Below, in pieces: positions 27,001-29,660 of a stretch of 64,000 bases of DNA. Both the position numbers and the translations under genes were made by a program. The notes beneath the pieces were generated by a model. That model did no database searches. It was not told the DNA's origin and was given only the letters and a program-made list of their open reading frames with translations. How positions within the stretch are numbered: position 1 is the stretch's first letter; each line of letters starts with the position of its first letter. Origin of the DNA: Candidatus Shapirobacteria bacterium. GTDB taxonomy: Bacteria > Patescibacteriota > Microgenomatia > UBA12405. Where the stretch lies: positions 277,156-341,155 of the forward strand of contig JBAYIT010000001.1 in assembly GCA_041665485.1 (NCBI GenBank), written 5' to 3'.

Positions 27001-29645
27001 AGGTTTATAAAATCTTAAATCCAAATACGCAGGAGGAATTAATGGCAGACACGGAATTGGTACAGAACGTGTTGGCGGAATTGATCCGTTCGGATCGAGG
27101 TAGGAGGCAAGACTATGAGGTGGCGGGTAAGTTAGTTTCAACCCTGGCTAATTGGATTGCCGAAGATGTGGCCGATGCTAATTATTTAACTTACGACCCG
27201 TATTTTACTCAAGCTTATGAGAGTTATTGGGGGCCGGAAGGAACAAGGATGCGTGTGTCGGAAACCAGGAGCCCTTATAATAAATGGACCAAGGCAGAAG
27301 GCTTTGTTGAGGGCGATACTTTAAAAGCGGCGATCAACGGAGTGGTTGGAAATGATCCACGGAGGCTTAAAGACACAACCAGCGATGAGGGACAAAATTT
27401 AATTAAAGTGATGAGTGATACAGTGAGCGATTATGTTCGACATATGTTTATACCGGTCAAGTTGGCTGACGGCAGGGAAGTTTATTTGTTGCATTCGGAC
27501 ATTCACATAGGGAATATCATGTTATCCACCCAAGGCGAGGGTTATGTAATTGATAGGAGTTATTATCTGGTGTTGGAGAAAAAGGATGTGGATATGATTG
27601 ATCAACTTTTAGCTGGTGACATCTCGGAGACGAAGAAGCTGGATATTTTAATTAATTATTTGTTAGATGAAAATAAGGTTACAGGTTTTAATCGGAATGT
27701 TCTTTACGGTAAGATGTTTTTAGCGGCGGCAAAACATCGAGCCAATACCGATGCGGCGGTGAATGCCTTGATGCAGGAAGTAGGGAGGAATGATTTGGAA
27801 GTGCCACTACGATTGAGGTTGTTTATGAAAAATATGAGTTCGGCAAACCGAATGTTGGAGTATATTGGCAATGAAACTTTGGGTGATTATGTACGAAGGT
27901 ATCATGAAGCAGAAAAGTTTCAGCAAGAATATTTTGATGAAGTAAGAAAATTGTTGACAGATGCTGGCCAGGATCCGGATGGAGTAGTGGGTAAACTATT
28001 GACTGGTGATTTTGAGGGTGGTTTTAGAATGTTGGAGGAGGTAACCTCAGCCTATGAGCCTCAAGGTTGTACTGATTGTTCGGTGTTTGTTCATGAAGTT
28101 AAAAAGAAAATTGCAGAGATAAACGGATTAACCGAACAGCCAGCTAGGTTAGCAAAACTACAAGAATTAAGGGATTATGTGTTTAATCACAAATTTGAAT
28201 CGAATCGGGTGGTGGAGGCTGGCGCCGAAGCGGTGGTAGAAATCGAAGAAGTGGTGGTGATTAAGACAGAGGAAGAAAAAGATGATGCTTTAAGAGCAAT
28301 TGATTTGGCGATTCAAAGAATTGATGAAGCCCTAGAGGAGAGTGGGTTGAGTGTAGGGGCAAGGGAGGCGTTGGGGGGTTATAGAGGGGAGATGGAGAAG
28401 AAAATGTTAGAAGTAATCTTTGTGATGTATGATGATTTTCTAGACGACAAAAGACAGTTATTTATTGGCGATAAGTCGGGATATTCTTTTTACGGATTAG
28501 TTGGTGATGAGGAAAAAGAATGGCTTGAAGAAGGGTTTTTGCCGATGCAGTTTAATTATGAGGATATTACTCTTTTAAATCAATTTGGTCGAAAGGTTTA
28601 TGTGTTGCCTCCTGGTTTGAGCGTGGAAAAACGAGCTGAGGTTGTGGGTGAAATAATTAACGGTGGAGATCCGGAGATATTATTACGTAAATTTGGTGAG
28701 GCACATTTGCGAAGTGATAGGGGGACAGATTTGTATTTTAATAAAGATCAATCTCCACTATTATTTGTCTATGAGCCGGTTGGAGAAGGGCCGCAGGGTG
28801 AAAAGATGGCGGGGGATTTATTGGCGGTTCTATACTCCGATACACCTTATCCTTCAATTGGAAATTATGTTCAAGAGCTTGTTGGTGAGCATAGACCAAG
28901 CGCGATGGTGTTGGAGACGTACACGATACCTAAAGATAAAGCTGAAGTATTAGGAAAAAAGATTAATCCAAATCGTCATGTATTGATGCCAAAGGGTAGT
29001 TTTATGACGCAAAAGGCTTTTGAGGAGGAATATTTTTGGGTGAATAGAGATGGCCAACTTGGTTTGTGGTCAGGACACTTACCTTCGGAGATTACTAAGA
29101 GAGTTGAAATGGCTAGAGTGGCGGTAGCTAACGGAGGCATTGAATTTCAAGAGTGGAAACAGGAATTGGGTAAAAATGAACTTATAACTTCAACTGATTT
29201 ACTGGCCAAATCAGGAACGGTGGCTCGTGGGATAGGTGCGGAGTATGCCCTGGCGACGGTTAGCTTAGGATTAAGAGCGGGTAGTAACGGAATTTTTTAT
29301 TACGGTCCATTTGCTTCAAGTGGTGGCTATTCCGACCCAGGTCTATTTGTAAATATTAATAGTGGTGTTTCGTTTGTGGTTGGGAGAGATATCGGTGATG
29401 CACGTAGAAAAATTCAGACTGACGAGGCAGGAGATAAGCAATATATTGCACTTGAGGATGTTCCTGCAGTTTTGGTGGGTAATGAAAAAATAAGATTAGG
29501 TTTACTTGATGGGATAAAGGCGTTGGAAGATGGCAGGGTGGTGAGGCCAGGAACATATGATTTTTGGAAAGACAGGATAAGGTTAATAACTGATATTAGA
29601 GTTAGAGAAGATATTGATGGTCTTTTTGGGGAGAGGGGTAGATAA
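1..29645 (+). CDS. Giant multidomain protein (>=9,863 aa; 5' end probably outside window). Contains long coiled-coil regions, calcineurin-like metallophosphatase, 2 FHA domains, PP2C-like phosphatase, protein-kinase-like domain, M48 metalloprotease, 3x CxxC-helix modules
   Basis: Single stop-free frame of 29.6 kb (track start TTG at 54; same frame has no stop back to nt 3: ...ATPDQREIDSYGRRLGELGAIKE...). Recognisable domain motifs are distributed along the whole length (see domain features). Stop TAA at 29643-29645, 15 nt before ruvA. Confidence 0.85.
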   Translation, partial: ATPDQREIDSYGRRLGELGAIKEARLDLSALTEDQRIAIDWVQRDVEHRTSIDEDGVRISRQAQSELVAIGLADDAVAKELVTAGGKTMAGAIILRIKTEVFGIDTGIYLAKEGAEPNIQRNLNRMTRFGDKVVILDSQKLSDPAYFKSLMEAKYVVVSNNELSFTRDHVMDVENPMSKQANSVWKKLTRRAAGYADEAQITLDINTQGIISKGESRIYSDTDIKVLATKKVAQVLSEEKILVKGDQKAHEGRLVTSVTHEGETLKISRFDKTTEEAIMTNLAKQNEVSPDFFKKVRQKKTELDLILKNGGGEVELKSVLGEGFDGVENLSQRVGGVLEELSMVRTFAQAMETEYTRTVDTKIQAQGTATGDRYAREVSVPTGGGKANFGQTYQGDMNLAMEAVGAIRAGGTPEFNGLKGSENKAFKSSAADWVADLQLDPESSIVAVTGTLGGNRGVVETVLGLRVHANGESTIKIVGEVDTPTGRLVNEDNSMAAKDNIDRNQLIEDAVTTGKFDTSRGKDSKGNLKVAMTNKNEDPLEVAVAIDKGRRQKGLEETTYFVQQGGSDYFEIKLGGDGTVVSRVLVTDKQIQARYSNGEGNLVTVIGRGGATGDSILTPDSTPFLLITAKGDPTYTVAQAGARGNRGSGDMDTLAIVVGEGSGRAGGNTSAERLEVAKQALDFPAWKKEIDLAEKTLNKDNITTGLNNGVAADSARMMFDALSNSSDAEVKAWASKQTLEKFNKAETGRDLTDSDGFTTNLEKRNQIAVEESRRWKAIMDDPDNQTILAKVKAELPNIYENMRINAQEAVDYPGGGYSYASGKEGTKDAVLVARNLREAREMHNRNITADLENKYAVVGKADSSTVADSTIKPGDGGGALSAAEIGSARVWGVVDPAIPVASLDPVVVRVAVVAKQAEAEKERANAERLRIAGSTNAPTRQETLDRLKEAIKIAEAENAEWERLSEIPAYGDDGKAIWEHSEYKRRVEAKIVAVNKEAAKLGVATVDPVTGKQRPIKDINDEIALKKGTGSVGIGEDETKKQNDRAKEFGTVRRSGEENKELEIRLDGIKREYDALKSLGIERVADTSGKLPAYGVFMSGAIKELDKQMESYGLRYNSSDGIEKNVEDLKVAKAEKRDEVIRLAETAGVEGVDWSTLTTTEIKRMTVDKIAGNEADIVRQKAEAEAEARIATIVGQIRAIKTDYVRPDELDENGANADLAKVKEERSELVDQINGIDGGQKKADLEKMTIGDLEARLADRQEKLTSLKAEYKRLAGEETGVGEIQKLTGQIGSLVATRTGLETTAKIKGITATVTDALSNPAIQEMINDDNNAEAEFRNTRSGEGFMWRDRNNGELEGDYEFEWNKEKEAKRRELRAEIARVAGGEVAGLENLTVKELEVRLKQEELVATSRANLVQLQATWSGLVPEAARYGREHGISPDQTENSYRTAITGLRNWIAEAERTRQTTLGKIRDLDGVVAVANTNTTNLGVLDEVLTTVKKNNTDLIALDNEIKKYLGADYKTDRSQGLVKALEVAEAKLAEVKRQWNDLWTQIDEIRGVRTSDKVRLGQKNLTTLGRVKELANTRALRASEAEQQRQVEEVTRNETRRVALVVEVRNIWGDVSLEPDGLEKMTIVQVGLEKAKANQALVQARQEATKNGATPTELAGAKNIKAMRDLVAKKVEEATILADEQRRQAEEVARQAKAEADRKAEEARVVEEQRLAKIAADKQLVDRVMAEVNGIVVTTGSNQDETKEALQAAVNRLVGIDTITAKGANDLINQKKALIKKVEEYYEGQDVNDALVTGVARVLGVAQVNNWNTKLGALQNYVDEQMFSNPTFWPDVGEEVVVQKIGEKLKELLGTSDQVMATEIKNRWNTKLVAERSRREEIRRENELFAHKQQYFSGEKAIPNLTDKEKESIMDAVDRNAVDTIVARLRVEKELKKAIGEVVSRTGVNGDLKGHLTEADVRKAENIEALNQMVAKAEVAKGLAVAERVAGGEWAGERGKWLNITKGRNELDIDYIKKVEKAERRVVVEQANKILAGLNSEMARELERYVVERKSILEKMTAEGVTVAIGEHLAQYAQRWYYRDTPGSIYQTVIKNMRDTPGELGNVYALSVERVVGSQQQAMIDNQLARLKTTVGKGVAAKRVALGDVHSDVEQLARILRGEVNVGADFKPVLDKSNNWIGGKTVIRLTGDLIDKLPPGMTGIQVLQTIRNWQKQARDAGGDIIITLGNHDIHTIAMANGVLEEPMITSGVDIHLILELRKPEYGDLLNWFTQLPLITKSEESGNIYIHSDTVAYLEYGDTIEEIDQNIRSILTTGRGLPGKIAPTSYLRTDPATKERSWVRGVSPIEALMHNLTGRRGEFKDPNNVTRFLTILDGKGIIHGHNPGVSYDDPRVINVDAGMSLGMYKPGDDPGLQRGRAIVSTILPGGELKIDIERRFAQVKISDKDLPDVADLWLIKPTLRPEKNIILGRNEGVDLPVNDSRVSSKHARLSRDLAGFWWIEDNSSTNGVAVWEGKYWRELKNIDPVARNTGLRDRSRLVDGSIISLNRDTNLSLWFRVKVDGNGEISLEPYSSQPQQPGLGVEAPAKTSQQDGDVAKSNLLQVMAQNAGIEVGSVVEKMNNMANEARSGGFKNLPSNLNNQSNIIEIVNMNAALVVYFKADYRSRAGVDLTKPVVVGATANCFDWQKAYVMAISEIGKPASQPSVAPSAAPSVAPAPIIVPPAGDTGVVLGVDSKGREVRIKTVNGKEEVVVENLIIKHNSIGTVLGNGTKYEKSVAGEPGDVVAVNGKGENQIRVSFSKDGKVVQVKVGGIVVEKKEANEAITVADLVVREVTLNTAADQSGVKKAVTRAKAELDKIDPKIASEVESKLGPIRTRIVEIENHVARVEGYYAGKSNIVVAEQVARVLGVVGMDKGDDVYAVVDGLWGGIEMVRIEDVSTDTSIIANIRGEIMSRRLGISDSQIVELAKFIAGNWTTQVAAERVRRADLTKAKTEYWRAESAKSNLAAAALYELGGGSYAVNLTSRYQTLDQFKIAVEEQLRIANYLVDGYKTANPEITDEDIESAFTGFGTSGSTAFAFKSVMNGVDERAKARVAEARVKALPIEGFLTVEEVTAKKTVKEIDDLVEEKGRERDSYIAKQKEELRQVAPLTQDEEKAIDGASGKTAIDRELVKIKQAIATRVLIEDQKKNPLVKVGNGYKNNSGRSIKYHTTDNQKTWTWVAGQVIPEETLKNKIVEVDDDRVIWVNGQGVVTTYTIALTNADYKPLQAKFLDKKGNVIKDKDGKVDLDSSKVEGVESYEVKGSDGTITVFHVANAKFPQGVKSKRELVANMAWVVSRTREVIGNQAKDVSNEVLLVPQEATSFGGMAPGVKSEDVNSVMVVVYDLVKTQSVLAHELGHEHFGSSPVTDISEGVAINVSMEAIGGGVDQERMDGILDQPFDVKGEGEGIITSTGLATLDKATEKDRWLYTYKSGTFLIRSLIEVVGDRSKAWEMVGRLMEAGRKKFYWSEGLVVTRISGGATVDYATAIDELLVDVGFNAEQRTAVYEKQSTYLYLGNKAQIKYEESEVTKKIGTKPGNGGYVIRGMFLAKEHVEMVRTRRGGLLLISNKSKMGTRVFREGQWQEVRVGGDPTELREGDVVKLGSIGSSVYFKVVDLYGRLDLKEIEAYGVKGKEKNKEERVLGEDPVVTEYRRKLWDNYRYEDPHEWRLGILRTAMNTRISDVTRMRARAAKYGVENDISWAGRTTEEMRADLEAKVGPMVVALNARAKAVGLVDIKDEETVEDFVKNISEIERYIGLYKLLNKGSADGLNFGVEGFQQLSTRLKAKIWELARQRGVASNKFVTFSIATAKEMLNRIDVLNARAEKVGLAPKSSDVSEIGYFYDLERTESLIKLLKFMGKTDIGVGKLMESGELYERLIGLLEERAKELGLTDLGDVSDENKVSMVRDRLNAGWVEKAQKEGLTVTVATGDWPVDMERKYESAKEQFLIAEYGGLAVARPRGDDTFLVWESWLRKAKSDNNRKIEMAVLEGLNVGGLTSTMTESELVAKISELRRRAKEEYLGRITDRVRLVGVAGTSWIILEKDTQSLEQFKKDVDSAGDLAVSLVEQAKEEVPEMKQTDIDAEFATSKTGTVNGRLVEAKLVATRRLNLAKQPVVVRTMTGGDLEGFLTTTEIEAKKTVKEINDLVAEKGRERDNYKVKQKDGLDSGGKAVIDKAKGKTAIDKAVADINQERVNLEARAKVVGMTVTKQQSGEQLGRLIKALEEANSMMVDANNLAEAKKLLAKLNAEPAYKGSPVIAELEGKIGVVALRSALPNGQRPEDLTVKNKLLPEYQVALEEMYQGVPDGFKKQAKLAAYYFQSLDTGEKLVTAQGYDLTPYRDRFLEAFSHTGFANVVQPGSKMYDVAPAEAYPIWLQEKQVAIREERRVASEGWDYSKVETFVNQYLRNYGKLDSSSGQDYYFFDSSRGAKEVEKPLTYNNKMYIENGQLMDLDKLGEFFDQLKILGIHPNEMKSFEDGSSLVLYWSGGLLDSEVKMIQDVLAKVGLKARGPAQDPIRLVVGKDGKLGMTVFGSNDASLGDAGRNPFIWSDKYNEGEFFKQWLRLTYYGQKNPADPYRMSFIRAEVDKAKLADAELEKKLREVDTAGLPIVISSNFGPSSSEYLFGTSFGNSQGKIIYKAESNVDLAEAQQAQEQSKKQQQAVGGFFGVAESTFRSLGDDFGRWNVANQAVGWYNMAKVVEVYNAMAEAEGITDFSQVVDADDSLREFLRQKLLVKNLSLEDGQMNGLVEYLEEKLKGGVEEEIRGRKTERRLPAGVNLLFVQDDVDLGVNEDENIVYLISGESVKTVDLSQIPDLFYFDETQQNHVPKEATIDQDGWELRGMSPYDVEIKKGAVKIFVKFGRRMQYDKIMWLRMYVSDGLVFEWVKLGDNPQLTGYLLEGQYLSGDSRGDDLAYIEQLRRLRNLAIRVLGSDVSGDGLRRFYVVETLLPSANGMTTDEILNKIEERWQKKIDEVNLKARRLGLAPMGEGDDYDGYNAKVANFESRLNVLRGVGKEAPRLEYARVLNSARYSDFYWQVNRPALENVDMATAQVNNGIERKTIWDSWLKTVVGKGLRVVNGNVVWGVIDFGKEPTADVVGELERRAQEIVTKYNDSVVVLERWSERVGQRLDYVGDMEKFLEDKQETLNSCREANERLLKFGQEYGLREDELTAIKSIARLNQTTQDYSRKEAELPGRFSALNVGIVRDPKQRLDEYENQLVELQQMVDNGLALSDQLDGETNSQYLSRMKEKESLEYGKLKEIAKQNGLNDVDIKQFGTLGKLRKEIVRLLKEEIKLLGGDVEADGIEDIEQLVVLKGTVQEQKRMEKENLLIEIMKYYPDYSNGGISAIKSDLAKAVARRNEVAGQIMIVNPNLADKVNATNNIAELEKMLEVAKGAREVDQKTAVANKSVGGQIDQYFEKIKDDLERGRFVARTLGWSNFGRWDDVYNAMAEVEGLTDFSQVTDLDQLAKFIRDQDRIKALQLEKTQEDQVVEYVRRKLEGRVKEGLERRAKSAGVEGELGKVKVALAGLVGVDKVGGYEVSADGLTQAKADLAEASRSAGKLAQRIIELDPAKSLEVTRLNIPALEKMLREMESEARIKELVRRGGTVVAGNTPVLAALEAKPQVQDIAKLEAVERSVTAMLGELETEVADPRVAKVLGDLRLQQQRAASLRVILEQEVLVAEGQQLAVEVGEVKGKVEARQDLARQKGVISSLLTRARALQGKLEKIVSRERKVASARETVKGNISTLERLETEANMVALSEKLGRGKVELIIRENGQESGNRLDVNVAYLDAIASDLDVLIGQQRLVIAELDGVLGELDSVATLGDLSPKTMAVVKKYIPKMVVTDKVAEVVGELRDRRQEYRDVVGELLGLQAALRNRTKFDGLSNGAGKIVKRSLARRFHPDTVGEIVTVKLGGETLLVDLESRRNIQPLISELFINPKIIGKFEFGGAIETPSGSGARNGGTASAGQNIRKSGQDVVVSFYDTKVRIRRDRGRYYLYNDGPSWMNVDVAGRNELVIVFSSKVYELKNGDFFYDQYGVGYRFVDNGGVAYLLDAQGNIVWVFDQDQSRRSDEVRIETNNVVFDLPSLGILANIFVTNTDASGVVKIYIDETTTGTIYVKKEQIGGFSVKQNYPPGSYQLGDGDEVTIAGVVYTVINQPQLGTIIMGSDGKQYKIRDPWGGKSMRDKAREDREPISLKFAGILDKMNKIDAILLSMGVADYESKMVQVEAIADRLEIDMADVEAQIGGWFRNYGNYLGPNDGIRQSMETMSRDLKQKRLNLVERKKMLANIQKFAIKWKLGINHGLAYETMIGNLGKLDTKLAEEYRRGLTDIRTDMVANGFILRSGMPGSGETKAEILKSVESDLVAIDSYIGVVMRINELKSGRAKIGEWEIEAGEVRRLGQILVAERTATRPLSSSMVFDIREKMLNALNQLVAENVAKARGLTTKDRDQILSWEASLKKNVSNVQMMEVIIQAEEMQGRVGESKGSISGVVGGNWRNRLTKIIAENWRRLTENYSNLWIGKMVADTTQVIENEKKAVSFASEEEARRWVVERIENRMSAYLDSPPGGLSWLQGQIESGETSVLAKRLAGVVVATLQGARGDLSKQILGAVSYSSKPVDYSQWSQAAKTNISIQVEENSLRVARFHPYVRQGRSKEDRAATLVDSRGYAIGQVIADGHSRDKKAGQLVEQVVANVQSNLKRYDWTTMDRKGAERILVGIYSQISLNFAFEERGAVLQVAVVTTDGYVVMNVGDPTLLTVDVRGRIVEHGGGDWATVAEAMQKYDKAIWDRWVPDPFSIDTRGVWRDDRLLMVANTIGDDASARRGIQIVREYLAKNQGRMNPELRRILDGAVNYRMEYFGKDEVAGVIIGSDAVVDNSKKTGGFETVVKKSLSQNSEDVISRMVGMISPDVLGKSVDDLSVGYLKWSEYFGGVGSVEVTLDTAKTGQIKIGNVVVGGGQGSQTSGSAAAKVVYEPIIIGRNENDLDGMFRFNQTVSRRQANLTLEGGDLFIDDAGSMNGTWVNGVRITGRTKLYSSDEVKFGLGSQEVVLRFGLEGTTWVAVQKTTGKRYVFNFQKAGFQPNGCSDCSVVRQTVEKLVAKAKGFYEAGNSAEFQRLIDLAYGYNNNHTFVNEVIQQYGMANISYVEAIMKRTAETVKYAQKMAALSLEKVDVVRDGEALTGGALAELDGIESDVKAKQGELGKIEVVKQSEEEQAAEVKAIDERQRALDEKKKAGDAKTEQQKSEEMKVVEDEVAVVEEMEPSVKVVEESDLGIKSSESVKTTRARIIKDGKDLGWYIVKEFRSSEVVQDNLDDYQLLKEKGFPVPAEVMVIPGRPNSIAVTDLTENGKYEIYSYNNITDGAIKPNISNFDEVKRQFRDIAQRADDNGWLMTNDSYFLVLDPITYVGRVVVGDFGGAVMTKEEAVKQYGYLKSDTSLKMVENFMLPTLASVFNGGEVGAVAAAEYKPLGCSDCAVCDVTVDQIITQANDEAIKGNDQKALEILRGLTAYANSHVYDNKVAQRLQNLRIAVAEAIIARTSETQSYALMQANLAIDEIERVLKEPGLTTGQIIGLVHEREEEVKPAIKKVRAIRVSQSKLGEMFESRLRRAEISVAGVVGTEVEAVRQRMEAGTEELSVVLEKKLMSVDRVIEPQIGEHLLEAKNPKMFLAVKRLLNFSNQNERFLDDNEGVVVGLQKIMDDLTIVVNKERVAGKKKAMPAVKVFVQVGGEPNAFSLPDGSIVVTQSLINLMRTEDEIAAILVHEFSHFEDHFMDWREDIFDKGGLGEEVGQPLVSRLQEHKADYVGARLKKIGFNGMAMTSALENLQIYVADFEKAQNETIQKDWRRKIWKFFGIKTVDEWKAGTDVAHGSIANRTAGQEVGNKFIEHGGEAVAPREVPSGWKGKAGVDEIYGHLVGDNYGPEWEKALRSAPSEVVRQYMESFTKEWLVEMANQKTYYDGRFTRRKDKKGVERLVQTVYDDRLFEQFSQYQLQMLKKFESLEKLMAERMEVSGEDEGKMIRLMTVIKPGPQGGELYSQLLHQLKGEMMPGKAQEEGKKLLARIGVENGQMSQEYVARIIDQKFWGERLARVGLSGAVNFRPGPIINKIFDENLWNEANDITALTRILDWVLVLPMSDYYPSVSMEKKVLGMMLTLALKGPTQGELVFNEEVAKRLVEAGLRVLEANPKLKQSELYYDILGDNYNFRGAPFLVKLAYKKYLVAGWGIVDLFTAEEDFYIAVLNQDEVALQKVLVEHPDASLNYIMAAAGNGVGEERQKWLMAEVKKFLEGPQFDGADWNVMHPEESKFMFNYQASMVLVEGYEERLRVADLVQNKYVEVMIRMDDSKLGNLVFKIFEIQSMYGINKEKYQENVEKVFGLPVFDLVQKRILAESGKTGYWGQPKYLYRRAVAFLEGTRQMYGGGVDSTTVANYPFFGENAYEAKFLQPFIELMLKQVTDTYPADFPKTTTTALKYYQIIKDLPKSDERKALLDRAVEMMVQQMPFDDLLKFVQAEIADGNAEIGIKFLENRVQTNLEYQKVKEAFGSDFTKMLTGGAVAKGSVGVLLDTLMSNVLTGEQTFEFFEAALTGDDAKLRYFMGKAFSEYLGYNQDGIMVHEDGSITGTGVGNLPIFEDLMAELYSMSKMQKTALIYKILADDSSGILKHEELHPRIASMMLSRVEGEPGMKTFMNKAILAVLKQRRGRTKVALGVSSSLADIFLMKPKQVASNDYAVKRIIEGNSNYNVLKDTTGWLEEQKKYFLRVLGTKKDDVMKDPRNNDPVVVELRNEVAEMYKTMYQRMGVVENSGQQTLGFEEQKVPATKFVVEIGKALGALGVRFLQVMGQYYEITPEMRNDFQAVYDSASSLFMANAFQTTEMGIAALKAEADKLEADGTNPQRVVWLRGEVAAMEERQRTMLVVRKIGGGSINTAYEVTKIGGGEREVYKILNPNTQEELMADTELVQNVLAELIRSDRGRRQDYEVAGKLVSTLANWIAEDVADANYLTYDPYFTQAYESYWGPEGTRMRVSETRSPYNKWTKAEGFVEGDTLKAAINGVVGNDPRRLKDTTSDEGQNLIKVMSDTVSDYVRHMFIPVKLADGREVYLLHSDIHIGNIMLSTQGEGYVIDRSYYLVLEKKDVDMIDQLLAGDISETKKLDILINYLLDENKVTGFNRNVLYGKMFLAAAKHRANTDAAVNALMQEVGRNDLEVPLRLRLFMKNMSSANRMLEYIGNETLGDYVRRYHEAEKFQQEYFDEVRKLLTDAGQDPDGVVGKLLTGDFEGGFRMLEEVTSAYEPQGCTDCSVFVHEVKKKIAEINGLTEQPARLAKLQELRDYVFNHKFESNRVVEAGAEAVVEIEEVVVIKTEEEKDDALRAIDLAIQRIDEALEESGLSVGAREALGGYRGEMEKKMLEVIFVMYDDFLDDKRQLFIGDKSGYSFYGLVGDEEKEWLEEGFLPMQFNYEDITLLNQFGRKVYVLPPGLSVEKRAEVVGEIINGGDPEILLRKFGEAHLRSDRGTDLYFNKDQSPLLFVYEPVGEGPQGEKMAGDLLAVLYSDTPYPSIGNYVQELVGEHRPSAMVLETYTIPKDKAEVLGKKINPNRHVLMPKGSFMTQKAFEEEYFWVNRDGQLGLWSGHLPSEITKRVEMARVAVANGGIEFQEWKQELGKNELITSTDLLAKSGTVARGIGAEYALATVSLGLRAGSNGIFYYGPFASSGGYSDPGLFVNINSGVSFVVGRDIGDARRKIQTDEAGDKQYIALEDVPAVLVGNEKIRLGLLDGIKALEDGRVVRPGTYDFWKDRIRLITDIRVREDIDGLFGERGR
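6440..7250 (+). other. Domain in giant ORF: calcineurin-like/PPP-family metallophosphatase
   Basis: Ordered motifs RVALGDVHSD (GDxHG-like, nt ~6465), IRLTGDLIDK (GDxxDRG-like), IIITLGNHD (GNHE-like, nt ~6710), later IIHGHNPG...NVDAGMS (GH motif). Confidence 0.65.
7390..7715 (+). other. Domain in giant ORF: FHA (forkhead-associated, phosphothreonine-binding) domain 1
   Basis: NIILGRNEGVDLPVNDSRVSSKHARLSRD...WIEDNSSTNGVAVWEG...RLVDGSIISL...LSLWFRV matches FHA signature (GR...SR.HA...D..S.NGT...L.dGD.i.lG...f.f). Confidence 0.75.
10195..10245 (+). other. HExxH zinc-metallopeptidase-like motif in giant ORF
   Basis: VLAHELGHEHFGSS; motif only, family not assignable. Confidence 0.3.
20100..20835 (+). 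other. Domain in giant ORF: PP2C/PPM-like Ser/Thr phosphatase
   Basis: GQVIADGHSRD (cf. xADGMGGH), VVMNVGDPTLLTVDVRG (cf. NVGDSRaylxrdG), RDDRLLMVANTIGDDAS (cf. GDRYLLCSDGLSDxVS) in the order expected for PPM phosphatases such as PstP. Confidence 0.55.
21100..21345 (+). other. Domain in giant ORF: FHA domain 2
   Basis: PIIIGRNENDLDGMFRFNQTVSRRQANLTLEGGDLFIDDAGSMNGTWVNGVRITGRTKLYSSDEVKFGLGSQEVVLRF. Confidence 0.8.
21420..21600 (+). repeat. CxxC-helix module copy 1 (protein-level repeat in giant ORF)
   Basis: PNGCSDCSVVRQTVEKLVAKAKGFYEAGNSAEFQRLIDLAYGYNNNHTF. Confidence 0.5.
22030..22580 (+). other. Domain in giant ORF: degenerate kinase-like region with DFG-like motif
   Basis: ...DNGWLMTNDSYFLVLDPITYVGRVVVGDFGGAV... 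followed by the CxxC module; lacks clear glycine loop/catalytic HxD, possibly pseudokinase. Confidence 0.3.
22580..22780 (+). repeat. CxxC-helix module copy 2
   Basis: PLGCSDCAVCDVTVDQIITQANDEAIKGNDQKALEILRGLTAYANSHVY, preceded by GDFGG. Confidence 0.5.
23330..23690 (+). other. Domain in giant ORF: M48-family (Ste24/HtpX/BepA-like) zinc metalloprotease
   Basis: GEPNAFSLPDGSIVVTQSLINLMRTEDEIAAILVHEFSHFEDH (M48 HExxH signature) followed ~35 aa later by SRLQEHKADYVGARLKKIGFNGMAM (cf. SRxxExEADxxGxxLxxKAGYDPxxM with third-ligand Glu). Confidence 0.7.
26925..27600 (+). other. Domain in giant ORF: protein-kinase-like (PKL; ABC1/APH-like) domain
   Basis: Glycine-rich loop VVRKIGGGSINTAYEV, conserved lysine REVYKILNP, catalytic loop LLHSDIHIGNIML (cf. 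HADPHPGNILV of ABC1/APH kinases), Mg-binding YVIDRSY (DFG-equivalent). Confidence 0.6.
28055..28200 (+). repeat. CxxC-helix module copy 3
   Basis: PQGCTDCSVFVHEVKKKIAEINGLTEQPARLAKLQELRDYVFNHKF, preceded by GDFEGG at the end of the kinase-like domain. Confidence 0.5.
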
Positions 29646-29660
29646 ATGTTATAGTTGTCT

